Assembly (NCBI RefSeq): GCF_009914755.1
Contig: NC_060927.1
Length of the DNA: 64,000 nucleotides
Origin: the human T2T-CHM13v2.0 reference genome, Homo sapiens
Strand: one strand, 5' to 3'
Shown: positions 1 to 13,570 of the stretch, one piece after another
Numbering within the stretch: the first letter of the stretch is position 1
Layout: every line of letters starts with the position of its first letter
Made by a program: the position numbers and the translations under genes
The notes under the pieces: generated by a model
Told to the model about the DNA's origin: nothing
The model's input: only the letters and a program-made list of their open reading frames with translations
The model's database searches: none

Positions 1-165
1 TTTTTTAGTCATTTAGCTAGTGTTTATTGAGTAGTTAATATGAGCAGGGACTGTCCTAGACAGTGAAGACACATCAGGGAACATAATGAGGAGCCCTGCC
101 AGCATGGAGTTTATATTATGTGTTCATGTGCGTGCAGGCTTTATAGACATGAAGCAAGCAGATCA
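1..165 (-). mobile_element. L2 LINE 3' end relic
   Basis: gtttattgagtagttaatatgagcagggactgtcctagacagtgaagacaca...ccctgccagcatggagtttatatt resembles the reverse complement of the L2 3' end; boundaries approximate. Confidence 0.6.
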
Positions 166-470
166 AAGTCCTCAAAGTGTGACCCACAGAACTTTAGTCT
201 GGTTGAAGCATCACAAAAAGTCAGGTTCCTTGGTCAAATAGGTTATAAAAATTTTATTATAATCATATAATCAGTCATAACCATGGAGTCTTACATAATA
301 ATATAGACCTTCTGTGCCCAGTCCTGTGTCAGAGGATCTGAGCAGCCCTCCATAAAGACACTTATTTAGCATTGATTAATCCACCATTCCCCAAACTTAT
401 GTAACCAAAAAACTCTTGTTTGCTAATTCCTATTAGACTCCCATTGACCTATGTTCTGAGAAACACATGA
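165..470. mobile_element. hAT-Charlie MITE relic (MER103/MER112-like)
   Basis: Degenerate inverted halves: ggttccttggtcaaatagg near 225-242 and cccaaacttatgtaaccaaaaaactc near 390-415, similar to the recalled consensus. Confidence 0.45.
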
Positions 471-1099
471 AGGAAAATACTAAGCTAGAGATTAGAGAGA
501 CTAGTGAAAAAGCAAGTCCACAATATAAGAAGAAATACCAGGTGGTCTGTGCCTAAGCCAAGCAACCCAAGGAAGGGCAGCCATAGAAAAGGGCTTTCCC
601 TGCTCCACCAGCAAGTGCGCCAGCCAGCCCTCCAACATGTCTATGCTGGGCCCATCCAGGTTGCACTATGTGTGAATTCAGTAACAACTCACAATGGAGC
701 ATCAGTTCCAGCCATCTGGGTCAGCAGCCTCCTAGCTCGGAGCATAGGCTCACACCAATCACAGAGCTATCTGGGCAGACTCTCCACCCTTCCCCCACCT
801 GCTGCTTTATGGGAAGGGCCCTGCTATCCCTGTAAAGAAGGACTCCTGTCCTTCTGGTTGGTCTGCCTTTCCAGGTGATGGTGAGAGAGACACCAGCCAC
901 CTTTCCTGGGCACACATCCCATTATCTGGCTCCTGGAGTGTGATTACATTACTTCAGTTGCACTGTTTCCATCTGACTTGAGCTACACGAATTGTTTCTC
1001 TTGCTTGTTTAATTGCCCATGTCTTATTACAGAGACAATTTATTGTTTTAGTGCAGCATAAAGTTCAAATATTTTATGCAAGATGAATACGGGCACTGA

Positions 1100-1416
<317 letters not shown>

Positions 1417-1669
1417 TGACACTGACATTTTCATGCCCTTCTCAAACTCACACAAATGAAAATCACACTGGAAACTTTTCAAACTGTTTTTGGCCAATAA
1501 TGACCAAGTGTCAAAATCTCCATAAGTTGATTTTTTTTTAAAAAAAAAGGACTCTAAAAGAATATGTTTTCTTCTATAATATTGCTGGGGATTTTATTGG
1601 GTGATACCAACACAAGCTTATGAATAGCTTTCCTAGGGTGTGAAAATGCCTTGGAAAACACCTTGGGAA

Positions 1670-2220
1670 TTAACTGTTGATATATACAACCACCTGGGTG
1701 AATCCCTAGAGAATTACACTGAGAGAAAAAAGCCAATCCCAAAAGCCTACATACATGCTGCATGATTCCATTTATATAACATTCTTAAAATAACCACAGA
1801 AATGGAGAACATTTAGTGGTGCCAGAGATTAAAGACAGGGTGGGGATGGGAGGGAAGTAGATGTGGCTATAGAAGGGTAACATGAGAGGTCCTGGTGGTG
1901 ATGAACTGTTCTGCATCTTGACTGTATCAATGTCAATGTCCTGGTTGTGATATTGTGCTATAGCTTTGCAAGATGTTATCACTGGGAAAAGCTGAGTAAA
2001 AGATACATAGGATTTCTCTGTATTATTTTATACAACTGTGTTTAAATCTATAATTACATTCAAAATAAAAAGCTTAATTTGAAAATGTTGGAAAATAAGG
2101 TGGATCGACAGCTAGATAGATGGATAGATATGGGATAAAGTGGTATATGGGTATTCATTATAGAATTCTTTTAATTTTTCTCCATATTTGAAATTTTTTA
2201 TAATAAAATGTTGGAAAAAA
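1670..2220 (+). mobile_element. Old L1 (L1MC-like) 3' UTR fragment
   Basis: aagccaatcccaaaagcctacatac...catgattccatttatataacattctt...tggtggtgatgaactgttctgcatcttgactgt are typical L1M 3' end blocks. Confidence 0.8.
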
Positions 2221-2292
2221 GATGTTAGAAATGTGAATAATTGCCTAAGAGAGACTAGATAATGGAACAGGACCTAAACTATGCAGTGCTGG

Positions 2293-4566
2293 TGTATTAG
2301 TCCATTTTCATGCTGCTGATAAAGACATACCCAAGGCTGAGCAACTTACAAAAGAAAGACAGGACTTACAGTTCCATGTGGCTGGGGAAGCCCCCCAATC
2401 AAGGCAGAAGTCAACGAGGAGCAAGTCGTGTCTTATATGGATGGCAGCAAAGGGAGAGTTTGTGCAAAAAAAAACTCCCATTTTTAAAACCATCAGATTT
2501 TGTGAGACTCTTTCACTATCATGAGAACAGTGCAGGAAAGACCCGCCCCCATAATTCAATCACCTCCCACCAGGTCCCTCTCATGATACTTGGGAATTCA
2601 AGATGAGATTTGGGTGGGGACACAACCAAACCATATTATTCTACTCCTGGTCCCTCCCAAATCTCATGTCCTCACATTTCAAAACCAATCATGCCTTCCC
2701 AACAGTCCCCCAAATTCTTAACTCATTTCAGCGTTAACTCAAAAGTCCACAGTCCAAAGTCTCATTCAAGGCAAGGCAAGACCCTTCCACCTATGAACCT
2801 GTAAAATCAAAAGCAAGTTAGTTACTTCCTAGATACAATGGGAGTACTGGCATTGGGTAAATACAGCCAATCCAAATGGGAGAAATTGGCCAAAACAAAG
2901 GGGCTACAGGCTCCATGCAAGTCTGCAATCCAGCAGGGCAGTCAAATCTTAAAACTCTGAAATGAACTCCTTGGACTCCATGTCTCACATCCAGGTCAAG
3001 CTGATGCAAGAAGTTGGTTTCTATGGTCTTGAAAAGCTACATTACTGTGGCTTCACAGGGTACAGCTTCCCTCCCGGCTGTCCTCATGGGCTGGCATTGA
3101 GTGTTGGTGGCTTTTCCAGGTGCACAGTGCAAGCTCTCAGTGGATCTACCATTGTGGGGTTGGGAGGATAGTGGCCGTCTTCTCACAGCTCCACTAGGGA
3201 GTGCCCCAGGAGGGACTCTGTATGGGGGCTTAGAGCCCACATTTCTCTTCTGCATTGCCCTAGCAAAGGTTCTCAACAAGGACCCCAACCCTGTGCAAAC
3301 TTCTGTCTGGGCATCCAGGTGTTTCCATGCATCTTCTAAAGTCTAGGTTGAGGTTACCAAACCCTCATTCTTGACTTCTGTGCACTTGCAGGCTCAACAC
3401 CACCTGGAAGCTGCCAAGGCTTGGGGCTTCCACCCTCTGAAGTAACAGGCTGAGCTGTACCTTGGCCCCTTTTAGTCACAGCTGGAGTGGCTGGGACACA
3501 GGACACCAAGTCCCTAGACTGTGCACAGCATAGGTACCCTGGGCCTGGCCCACAAAACCATGTTTTCCTCCTAAACCTCCAGGCTGGTGATGGGAGGGGC
3601 TGCCACAAATGTCTCTGACATGCCCTGGAGACATTTCCCCCCTTGTCTTGGGGATTAACATTTGTCTCCTCGTTACTTATGCAAATTTCTGCAGCTGGCT
3701 TGAATTTCTCCTCAAAAAATGGGATGTTCTTCTCTATCTCATTGTCAGGCTGCAAATTTTCTGAACTTTTAGGCTTTCCTTCCTTTATAAAACTGAATGC
3801 CTTTAACAGCACCCAAGTCACATCTTGAATGCTTTGCTGCTTAGAAATTTCTTCTGCCAGATACCCTAAATCATCTCTCTCCAGTTCAAGTTCCACAAGT
3901 CTCTAGGGCAGGGGCAAAATGACACCAGTCTCTTTGCTAAAACATAACAAGAGTCACCTTTGCTCTAGTTCCCTAAAAGCTCCTCATCTCCATCTGAGAC
4001 CACCTCAGCCTGGACTTTATATTCCATATCACTATTAACATTTTGGGCAAAGCCATCAACAAGTCTCTAGGAAGTTCCAAACTTTCCCACATTTTCCTGT
4101 CTTCTTCTGAGCCCTGAAAACTGTTTCAACCTCTGCATGTTACCCAGTTCCAAAGTTGCTTGCACATTTTTGGGTATCTTTTCAGCAGCACCCCACTCTT
4201 GTAGTACCAACTTACTGTATTAGTTCATTTTCATGCTGCTGATAAAGATATACCAGAGACTGGGCAATTTACAAAAGAAAGAGGTTTAATTCAACTTACA
4301 GTTCCACGTGGCTGGGGGCCTCACAATCATGGCGGAAGGCAAGGAGGAGCAAGTCATGTCTTACATGGATGGCTGCAGGCAGAGAGAGTTTGTGCAGGGG
4401 AACTCCTGTTTTTAAAACCATCAGATCTCATGAGACTCATTAACTATCATGAGAACAGAGCAGGAAAGACCCGCCCCCATAATTCAATCACCTCCCACTG
4501 GGTCCCTCCCACAACACATGGGAAGTCAAGATGAGATTTGGGTAGGAATACAGCCAAACCATATCA
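2293..4566 (-). mobile_element. Full-length THE1 (THE1A/B-like) MaLR retrotransposon: LTR 2293-2638, internal 2639-4215, LTR 4216-4566
   Basis: Two direct ~350-bp LTRs (tgtattagt...ccatat(t/c)a), 5-bp TSD gctgg at 2288-2292 and 4567-4571, and an internal MaLR ORF relic LERDDLGYLAEEISKQQSIQ (3354-3896, minus). Confidence 0.96.
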
Positions 4567-6029
4567 GCTGGAGATTAAAGTTGACCACTTGGTCCTTGGC
4601 ATGGAGAAGAGAAAGATTATGTGTCCATTCTGTATGAGTCCCTTGAGGTGAGGAATTAGAGATTCTCCTGGTCTTCCCAAGAGCCAGAGAGAGGAACCTG
4701 AGCCCCACCATAGAACTAGGCTGGGTGACTTCTGTGGAGCAGATCCATGAGCATAAGCATGAGTTCCAGGATTGCAGGAGCCTAGATAGCCCCAGGAAGG
4801 AGAACTAGCCACCTATCCATATCCAGGATTTCCTGGAGCAAAAGCTAAAAAGAAGAAACGAGGAGCTCATGATGTGTACTTGAAAATGTATACATAAGGC
4901 ATTCAGCCAAACTGAGTTCCAAGTATTTCTCAACACTGTTTATACCAATGCTTCATTAGCAAAGTAATAAAATCCAGGAACAGTCCACTGTTCCACTCAC
5001 TGTCTGTGTTCCAAACTGGTCACTTAGATGCTGGAGCTGTTGTGGGGTCTGAGACGCCACATTCCCACATTTCTGGGGACACTACATGACCCAGTTCTCC
5101 TGCTTCCCACCCTCCTTTTCCTTTTTCTCCATCCCAGGGCTCTGGGCCTCAGATCTCTATGTTGTCTTCCACTTGACAAAGCACGAACTGAACTGATGCT
5201 CCTCCTGATTATTCAGGAGAGCTAAAACCCATTCAGGCAGGCAAGGAAATAGGTACCTGAGTGAGTGAAGGAGGAAGGGGAAAGCTGCTCTGCTCACTCT
5301 GATAGGCTTAAAACCCTGCTCCCGCTCTCACCTTCTCCACACATTCCTCTGGGGCTGCATCAGACCCAGTTTTCAAGTCTTTTTCCTGTCAAGATCTTCT
5401 CTTATAAAGGCAAATGAAGCTCCTGCTCTCTGAAATGTTAAGTACTAACCATGAAGGTTCCTTCCTGCCCTAAGGAGATGTTGAGCTTTCAGTCGGCTAG
5501 CTTTTCTCATACTCACAGTGTATCCTGATCGTCCCTCTGAGCAGGATGTGATGTGGTAGCCCAGTTTATTTTTTTGGTTTTGAAGTACAACCATATAGAA
5601 TCTCTTACAGTATATTGGAATTATTGCATTCACATCTGTCTTCTCTAGTAGCCTGTGAGCTGCTTGAGGTATCTTTCTGATTCATCCCCTCACCCCCAGG
5701 GTAAGACTTGTAAAGTAGATGCACAGCCAGCGGATGATTGGAATGGATGGATAGAAGGGGTCCTGATGGAATATCAGGCCGCAGCAAGCAGGGGAAAGAG
5801 GCCGTTTTGGCATGGTTGCTGATGTATGGGACATTACATACTGATTGCAGTGTTGTGAGGCAAGTGTACTTGTTGGGAAGGTTTTCTATGGCAGTGTTGT
5901 GTGGTCAAATGGATAGCATCATAAGAGCAAAGGCATATGTCAAACCAGTGGGTATTTTAGACCTACCTATAATTTACTCAATGACTAAAGCTAGTCTAGT
6001 GCTTGAAGCAAGCTTCAAATAGTAAATAT

Positions 6030-6395
6030 GGCCTGTATGTTCTGAATATTTGTTTTTCCAAAATTTATATGTTGAAACTGTAAAACCCAAATACCCCAGT
6101 ATTAGGAGGTGGGGCTTTTGGGAGGTAATTAGGCCATAAGGGCAGAGCCCTCATAAATGGGATTAGTGCCTTTATAAAACAGACCCCAGAGAGACTCCCA
6201 TCCTTTCCACCTTGTCAGACATATTGAAAAGAGACCATCCATGAAACAGAAAGCTAGCTCTCTGCAGACACAAAATCTGCCGGTGCTTTAATCTTAGGCT
6301 TCCCAGACTCTGAAACTGTAAGAAATAAATTGATGCTGTTTATAAGCCACCCAGTTCATGGTATTTTGTTATACCAGCCTGAACCAACTGGCACA
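6030..6395 (+). mobile_element. MLT1A-type solo LTR (MaLR)
   Basis: gtattaggaggtggggcttttgggaggtaattaggccataagggcagagccctcataaatgggattagtgcc...aactgtaagaaataaatt...tttataagccacccagt. Confidence 0.9.
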
Positions 6396-7464
6396 GCAAT
6401 TTAAGACACCACCTTTGGACATCATATGAACCCTACAGATGATGCTAAGCTGGTATCCGTGCAGGGAATCACTCCCAAAGCACTCCTTCATTATATTTAG
6501 GTTTCCCTGGAGTCTTGGATAACACTGTAAGGGCAAAGAACCTTGTAGGCTCTCAGGAGGCTTCACTGGCAGCATGAGGTCAGCCTGGCAGTTTCTGAAG
6601 GCAATAAAAGGTCTCAAACTTGGTTTTTAAGCAAGAAAATAATTATCTGATTATAAGTCAACTATTTCTTCACAATGAAACATCTTTTATAGATCTTCCC
6701 CCACTTCTAACCTTTCTCACCACCATAACAGTCAAAGTGCATGGTGAGAAAAGTATTATCCAGAGGTAGAAGGAACCACTATTAAGTAAGGGAGGTCTCA
6801 GCTTCTTTTAGGGGGCTCCCACTATCTCATCATGTCACCCAAGAGCCCTTTCTAACTGAAGCAGACACACCCTCCCGTCTCCCTGGCTCCAGAGCTGTCA
6901 ATATTCTCCCTCATCATCTACTGCGGGAGTTCCATGACTCCATAAATCCCAACTCTCTAAGTTATAAATGTCTAGGTCTATCCCATCACAAAAAGAGATT
7001 GAAAAACCGGTTTAAAAAAAATGCAGACTGTTTCATGAGCAGTGAATTAACCATCACAAAAATACCATCTACAGGAAAACACACAAGGGGAGACAAATTC
7101 AGGTCAAGGCAAGTCTAAAATATACAGTGACTGTTCCCTTAAATTGGGTTGCCCATTATAGCTCATCTCAGGTGTGGAAAAGTACTCCACACTGAGGCAC
7201 TCGATAGAGGCCTGTATTCCTCTCAACTGGTTCCTAGTTCAAGTCTCCTCTATGATGTCACGTTGCTCCATTATCTCTTCGTTGTTTGTCTTTCCTAGAT
7301 AAGATTGGGAATCAATTATAGAAGGCACTGGACTCTAAGATCCATTTGAGTAGGAAATGTGATGTTTTAGATTGTTTTTGAATTGTAGCACCTTACATAA
7401 TGCCTGGTATATGATAATCACTTAACTAGCCTTTGCTGAATGAAAGATTTCAGGTCAATTCAAG

Positions 7465-7980
7465 CTGTGTAGTGTAGTAGTTAGGAGCACAGACTTGGCA
7501 GCCACACCTTCTCTGTTTAAATCCCATGTCTGTCACTTTCTAGCTTTGTGACTTTGGGCAAGTTTGTTTTATCTCAATTTCCTTGTTTGAAAAATGAGGA
7601 AATAATGTAACCGGATAATGGGTACTATATATCTTTGGGTCAGTGTGAGGATTCAACGAGGAAAAGTATTTAAAATATCTATAACAGTGTCTACAGCACA
7701 GTACATACTAAATAAATGTTAGGTATCAATTCTGTTCTGGAAACCTGTGATATAGCTTGTGAGATGGAAGTACACAGGCTTCAAAGAAAAAAGCAAATAC
7801 ATGGTTCAGTCCCACCTTCAAAACTTATTGATGCTGCAAACCTGGTCAGATGTCAGATTGCTATATCCCAATGAGCTCCAGTTCCCTTGTCTGTAAAATT
7901 AGCATAATTGGATCTAGCCATAGAGTTATTGAATGCATCACATGAGATTATCTATGAGCCATGCTTGACATTGAATGTTA
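7465..7980 (+). mobile_element. Two adjacent MIR SINE relics
   Basis: MIR core motifs: tagtgtagtagttaggagcacagact, tgtgactttgggcaagtt, gtctgtaaaatt. Confidence 0.75.
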
Positions 7981-8059
7981 GCCACTCTCTCCTGATCCTC
8001 ATTCCCTCCTCATGGGTGCCCTTTTCCTTTCTTCTCATGGTTTCCCTACTCTGCCCATC

Positions 8060-9170
8060 TCTCCCCAGGGGTCCCCTTGGACTCTCTGCTCTTCTTTCCC
8101 TATGCATTCTCTTTGTATGATCTTATCCCTGAGATCCCACGACTTTGATCACAGTTCCTACGGGCTGATGTTCCAAATCCCAACCTCCTGCCCAGATCTC
8201 CCTGCTAAGGTTCTAGTCCCATGTGCCTACCCACTCAGCATGTTTACTGGCCTCTTCTGTTCCAGACACTCAAAGTCAGCATGTCTAAGACTGAACTTAT
8301 TACTTGTCCTCCAAACATTACCCCCTTATTGTATTTAATATTGCAATGAATGGTACCAATATCCACCCAGTTACTCAGCCAGAAACTTGAGTGTCTTCTT
8401 TAATTATCTTCACCATTGACATCTCAATATTGATCAGTCCTACTTCCATAATTCTTTGTTATACTACCCCCTCTCTCTGACCTGTGTCACTAGCTTAGTT
8501 CAGAACACCAGCTCTTTCCTGGGTGACTGCCAGAGGCTGCTGACTGACCTCCCCTCCGTCGTGCCCTGCCTCCCCTCACTTCATCCATTTTCCATGGAGA
8601 AATCCTTAGTACCAAGCTTTCTAGGTTTTAAAAAGAGAAATGCAGATGTAATTTCTTGATGGTTTAGAAAGCTTCAGTGCACCCTATTACCCTAAGAATT
8701 GGGCCCCACTACTTCAGAGAGTGTAAATGCCTTTTGTCTTTGATACTCTGACCCTAGATTCTCCCTCTCCCCAGCACCCCACTTTTCCTTCTCAGACTCA
8801 AGTCTCTGGTTCTGCACTTGCATTGCTATAACTGCCTGTGTTTCCTCCCGCCTCTAGCTTTTATGCATTGCTCACTCTGCTCCACTGACACTTGGTCGAC
8901 TCCGCATTCGCCAAGTCCTCAGGTCTCAACAGAGGCTGACCTTCTTTCTGTAAGCTGCTCCTTATCCCCGGATTCTGGGCTGTATAGGTGTTCTCCTCCA
9001 AGCTCATGCAGCACCCCATGGCTATCTCCATTCCAGGAAGCACTACCCTGGTTTGGTTGTATCTTCCTTCCTCCTCGAGCTATGGACTCTCTGAGAAAAG
9101 GAATACTTCATTATTTATCCCGTATTTATCTTACCTGCCATATAGTAGTCATTCAGTAAAGCTGAATACA
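8060..9170 (+). mobile_element. L2 LINE relic (RT region to 3' end)
   Basis: Pyrimidine-rich L2 blocks: cagatctccctgct, ctcaaagtcagcatgtctaagactgaactta, aatggtaccaatatccacccagttactcagccagaaacttgag. Confidence 0.75.
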
Positions 9171-9460
9171 TAAAAATTAATTGTATATGTTAGATGACAT
9201 TTTCTTCTACTCCAAAGGGCCCATCTAACAGGAATTTGATATTAATGGGCCAAGTTTTCCCTGCCATAAATGGTCTCATACTCTTCTTGACTCTGTTAAA
9301 GCTTGTGGTGTTAATCTCAGATACCCAGTATCCAAAGCTTCCTTGCCCTCCACTGAAATATCCTGCATCCAGCTGGTTTTTTAATATATCTGTTTAGCTT
9401 GAAACATATTTTCTCCTTCCACAATCCCTCTTCCAGAGGGGAACAGCTGGTGCTCTAGAA

Positions 9461-9681
9461 TGGGGTGCTGCAAGCTGTAGCCTGAGGGCCAAATGCAACT
9501 CACCACCTGTTTTCATAAAGTTTTATTGGAACACAACCACACTCATAGATTTATGTATTGTTTATGACTTTTCTCACGCCACAGTGGCAGAGTTAAGTAG
9601 TCATGACAGAGACCATATGGCTTGCAAAGCTTAAAATATTTATTCTTCATCCCTTAACAAAAAATAGGTTGCTGATACCTG
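9461..9681. mobile_element. MER58A hAT-Charlie DNA transposon
   Basis: aaagttttattggaacacaaccacactcat...gcagagttaagtagtcatgacagagaccatatggc; 8-bp hAT-type TSD ctctagaa (9453-9460) and ctctagag (9682-9689). Confidence 0.92.
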
Positions 9682-9964
9682 CTCTAGAGCTTTGTTCATG
9701 AGCATCTGGGCCAACTCAGCCCTGTGCTGCTGAGATTCAAATATGCAAGGCATAACCCGAGAAAGGGTCACGGACACAAATCCAATTTCCATGGCTGAAA
9801 GGCATTTCTAATACCTTTTCTTTGATAAAGCTTTATGTTTTTGTAAGTACTTTCATGTTCATTAAGGAAAAGATCTTCAAATACAAATACCACTGCTTGC
9901 AAGTGATGCTGCTGCTGCCGCAGCTGCTGCTGTCTAGACGACACTCTGAGTTCCCAGGCCATTG

Positions 9965-10200
9965 AGGGTAGGCTCTGGAATCCCACTGCCTGTGCCTAAA
10001 TTTGGTCCACTGCTTACCAATGGTGTGAACTGGAACAAAATAAAAAACTTAACTCTCAGGGTCTCGGTTTTCGCCTCTGTAAAATGTGGTCAATGAAAGT
10101 AACATCTAGCTACCAAGGTCATAGTGGAGAGTAGATGAGTCATGTCAAGCTCTTATCACAGTGTTTGGTTTATTTTAAAATGCTTAATATATTTCAGCTG
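9965..10200 (+). mobile_element. MIR relic
   Basis: ggctctggaatcccactgcctg...cttaactctcagggtctcggttttcgcctctgtaaaatg. Confidence 0.75.
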
Positions 10201-10639
10201 TTGTGGTCTTATTTGCCTGTGTGCTGGTACCATGACAAGAAATTCCCTATCACAGCCAGATTCCTAATGCTTGCTTTCGTTCATGCTATCCCTCTTCATG
10301 AAGGCTTTGGTATATCCCAATGCCTACGTGAGAAGATCAGAACTGTGGCTCTACGTGTTTCACTTGCTCTGATGTCACTCAGCCTTCTGTCCCCATTGAC
10401 AGGTCTCCTTATTGCTCCGTGTACTGCCCTGGTTGTTCTTGCACCATTGCTTTATCCATGTAGCTCTCCCAAGCTTATATTTTCTTGCTCCTCCTCTCTG
10501 CCTGTCTCTTAATGTTCTGCAGCAGCTCCATCTTCTGCAGAAGCCACACAGACACTATGGCTACCGCCACAGAGTTCCCCTCTTTCCCGGAGCTCACACA
10601 ACTCCAGAAGAAGTGGCTTCACTGGATATGAGACTTATC

Positions 10640-10790
10640 TCCTTGGGTGTTTATTTAGCTGTGTCATTCAGCCTCTCTGAGCCTCTATGTCCTCAACTAC
10701 AAAATAGGAATAATATTAATTTTTCAAGGTGGTTATGAGGATTAACTATAATATGACAAGTATTTCTAGCACATCGAAGTTTCAAAATAT
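10640..10790 (+). mobile_element. MIR relic
   Basis: cagcctctctgagcctctatgtcctcaactacaaaatagg...ggttatgaggattaa. Confidence 0.7.
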
Positions 10791-11894
10791 ATTCGTTGTG
10801 TCCTCCATGCTTTTAGTACATGGCTTTTTGCACATAGCTGGGCACAATGGACTGATTAATGTACATTGCCTAAGATAGTAGATTCTCTCCCCATGATTGA
10901 ACCCTGAAGGCCAGATGGGGGCCCTAACAGTTCACGCCACCCTTATTACCCTTTCCTTTCCACGAAGACTTTCCAGGTCAGCCATGTAGCCCTCCAAGAA
11001 AAAGGATGGCAGTAGAGGATACCTTGAGTGCTGCTGGGTACTGAAGCAGAAGTGGTCTGTGTTGGCAGAAATTTAAGCACATGCTTGGTGATAATGGTGT
11101 TAACTGATAAACCAGGACCTAAGCTGTGTCCAGTTGTGTGCAGCTCTGGGGATCCTCCCGTGGGTCTGAGTGGCTCTAATTAGTCTTCTGGTTTGCTATG
11201 ACTGATAGAGTCTGGTCTTCTTCTGGCTTACCTTACCACTATTCTCTGGTGAGAAACCTTTGCTGTCTACCTTGTCTGTACCAGCAGATTCCAGAGCTAT
11301 TCAGCCAGTGAAGCTAGGAGAGGTAGGGGTTAAGTGGGAAGCCCTAGAACATCCCCAGGGTTCATAAACATTCTCCTACTGAGTAGATGAATGCCTTATG
11401 ATTGGAGGAGTAGGTGGTAGTGGGGGGCTGATTAGAGAAGGTGAGGACAGTTTATTTGTGGGAAGGGAGAAAATGAAGATAAATACATTGCTTAACAAAA
11501 GCAAGAGGTTTGGAAAGGAGATAGTAGTGAAGAACAGCAGTGGGAATAAAGCTGGAGAAAATAGGATGGTTTGTCATGGATGGTGACTGTAGCAGATGGT
11601 GTCAAGAGGACCCATGAGTTCCTGCCTGCAACTCATTGTGTGTCCCTGAGCAAGTGTTAGCCCCATTCTGAGCCTCAAGTAATAACCCTGTAAAATCACA
11701 GATTTGGAATTGGTGATTTCTGTGGGCCTCTCCACACACCTAAATATCTTGTATCCCTTGGGAAACTCTATGACTTTATTTTTAAAAATTTACCAAATAC
11801 CTAAATATCAATTTTTTGTGCCATTATAAGAATTTTAAAATAATAATTGCCTCTTTTAAACCTTAACATAGCCCTAAGAGTTAATTTCTATTTT

Positions 11895-12443
11895 TTTAAC
11901 TGTACTTTAAAGATGTTGTTCCACTGTCTTCTGACTTGTATTGTTATATTGTTTCTGATGGAAAGTCTGAGAAGTCTGCTATCAATCTTAGTTTATGTGT
12001 AATTTGCCTTTTTATGGCTAATTTAAAACTGTCACTCTCTAATATTGGTTTTCAGCAAGTTGATTTTGATGTATTTTGTGTTTTTGTCATTTCTTCCACT
12101 TCAGCCTCATTGAGCTTCTTCTTGGCTCATGGTTTTCATCAAATTTGCTAAATTTCAAATAATTATTTCTTCAAGTGCTTTTCCTGCCTCCACTCCCGTT
12201 TTCTAAGGATTCAGTTATATGTATGTTAGGCTGCTTCTCTTCCTATCCCATAGCTCACCGATGCTCTATTCACTTAATTTTTCAGTTGTATTTTTCTCTA
12301 TTTCACTTTGTATAGTTTCTATTGCTATGTCTTCAAGTTCACCACTCTTTCTCCTATGGTGTCTAATCTGTTTTTAATCTCATCCAATATATTTTTAATC
12401 CCAATGTTGTTTTTGTTCATTTCCTATTACATGTTATGTTATA

Positions 12444-12482
<39 letters not shown>

Positions 12483-13410
12483 AATTTCACTGTCTTACCT
12501 TCTCATGCTTCCTTTTTTCTCTTCCTTCTGGAACATATGGAATATATTTATAATATTTTAATGTTTTTATCTATTAATTACATTATCTGTGTCACTTCTG
12601 GGTCTATTTCTACGAACTATCTCTTCTCCTTATCATGAGTCATGTTTTCTGGACTCTTTGCATGCCAAATAATTTTTTATTGGATTCTGGACATAGTGAA
12701 CTTTATGTTGTTTAGTTAGTAGATTTTTATGCATTCTTTGAAATAATTTGGTACTTTGTTCTGGAATGCACTTAAATTATTTGGAATCAGTTTGAGCTTT
12801 TCAAGACTTGTTTTTAAGCATTTTTAAGTGGGAACAGATCAGCTGTTCTGTTCTGTTTTCTAGAGATAATTTGTTCCCACTACTGACGCAATACTCCATG
12901 TGTCGTACATTACAAGGCTTTCCCTCACTGGCTGGTGGGAAGACAAACTATCTGTAGCACTGTAAAAGCTCCAGGGATTATTCTGCCAGCTCCTTTTTAG
13001 TAGTTTTTCCTCAGCCTTGGTAGTTTTCTCATGTGCATCTTCTGATCAGAGCTCAAGGACTTGAGGAAAACCTTCTGGAGATCTCCATGGTTGTCTCGCT
13101 ATGCGTCTCCTTCCTCTCTTACACTCTTCCCCGTACATGATAACTGCCTTAACCTTCCTGAACTTCTGACTCTGACTTCTTAATGCAGGGAAACTGCTAA
13201 GCTCTGTCTGGGTACTCTCTCCTGGTACTGCAGCCTGGAAAATCTTGCCAGGCAGTAAGCTGAGACATAACATTTACCTTATTTATTTCTGTTTCTTCAG
13301 AGATCATTATTTTTTGCTACCTGTTGTACAATACCTGACAGCCAGTTTAATACATTTTTGCAGTGTTCTGTTTTTTTAAGGCAGAAAGCTTCTATTATTT
13401 CATCATAGTA
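11895..13410 (-). mobile_element. Old L1 (L1M) 5'/ORF1-region fragment, containing (GT)17 at 12446-12479
   Basis: T-rich reverse-strand L1M blocks: ttaaagatgttgttccactgtcttctgacttg, attatttcttcaa, ttttattggattctggacatagtgaa. Confidence 0.75.
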
Positions 13411-13434
13411 TGAAGTGGAAGTCCTATTAGATAC

Positions 13435-13570
13435 TGTTTTTATATTTATTTTACAAATGGTGAAACTGAGGCACAGAGAGATTGAATAATTTACCCAAGC
13501 TTGCATAGTTAACAATTACTCAGTAATTTGAAATCATAATCTCAACTTTAGGCTCTGCTGTCTCAAAAGC
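13435..13570 (-). mobile_element. MIR relic
   Basis: attttacaaatggtgaaactgaggcacagagagattgaataatttacccaag. Confidence 0.85.

Noticed and set aside
3354-3896. Longest ORF in the window (180 aa, minus strand)
   Set aside because: It is the known decayed MaLR/THE1 internal ORF with a non-ATG start, not a host gene
9768-9986. Minus-strand ORF with a Q-rich patch (RQQQLRQQQHH)
   Set aside because: A short imperfect CTG run, non-ATG start within a MIR, and no recognisable homology or exon structure
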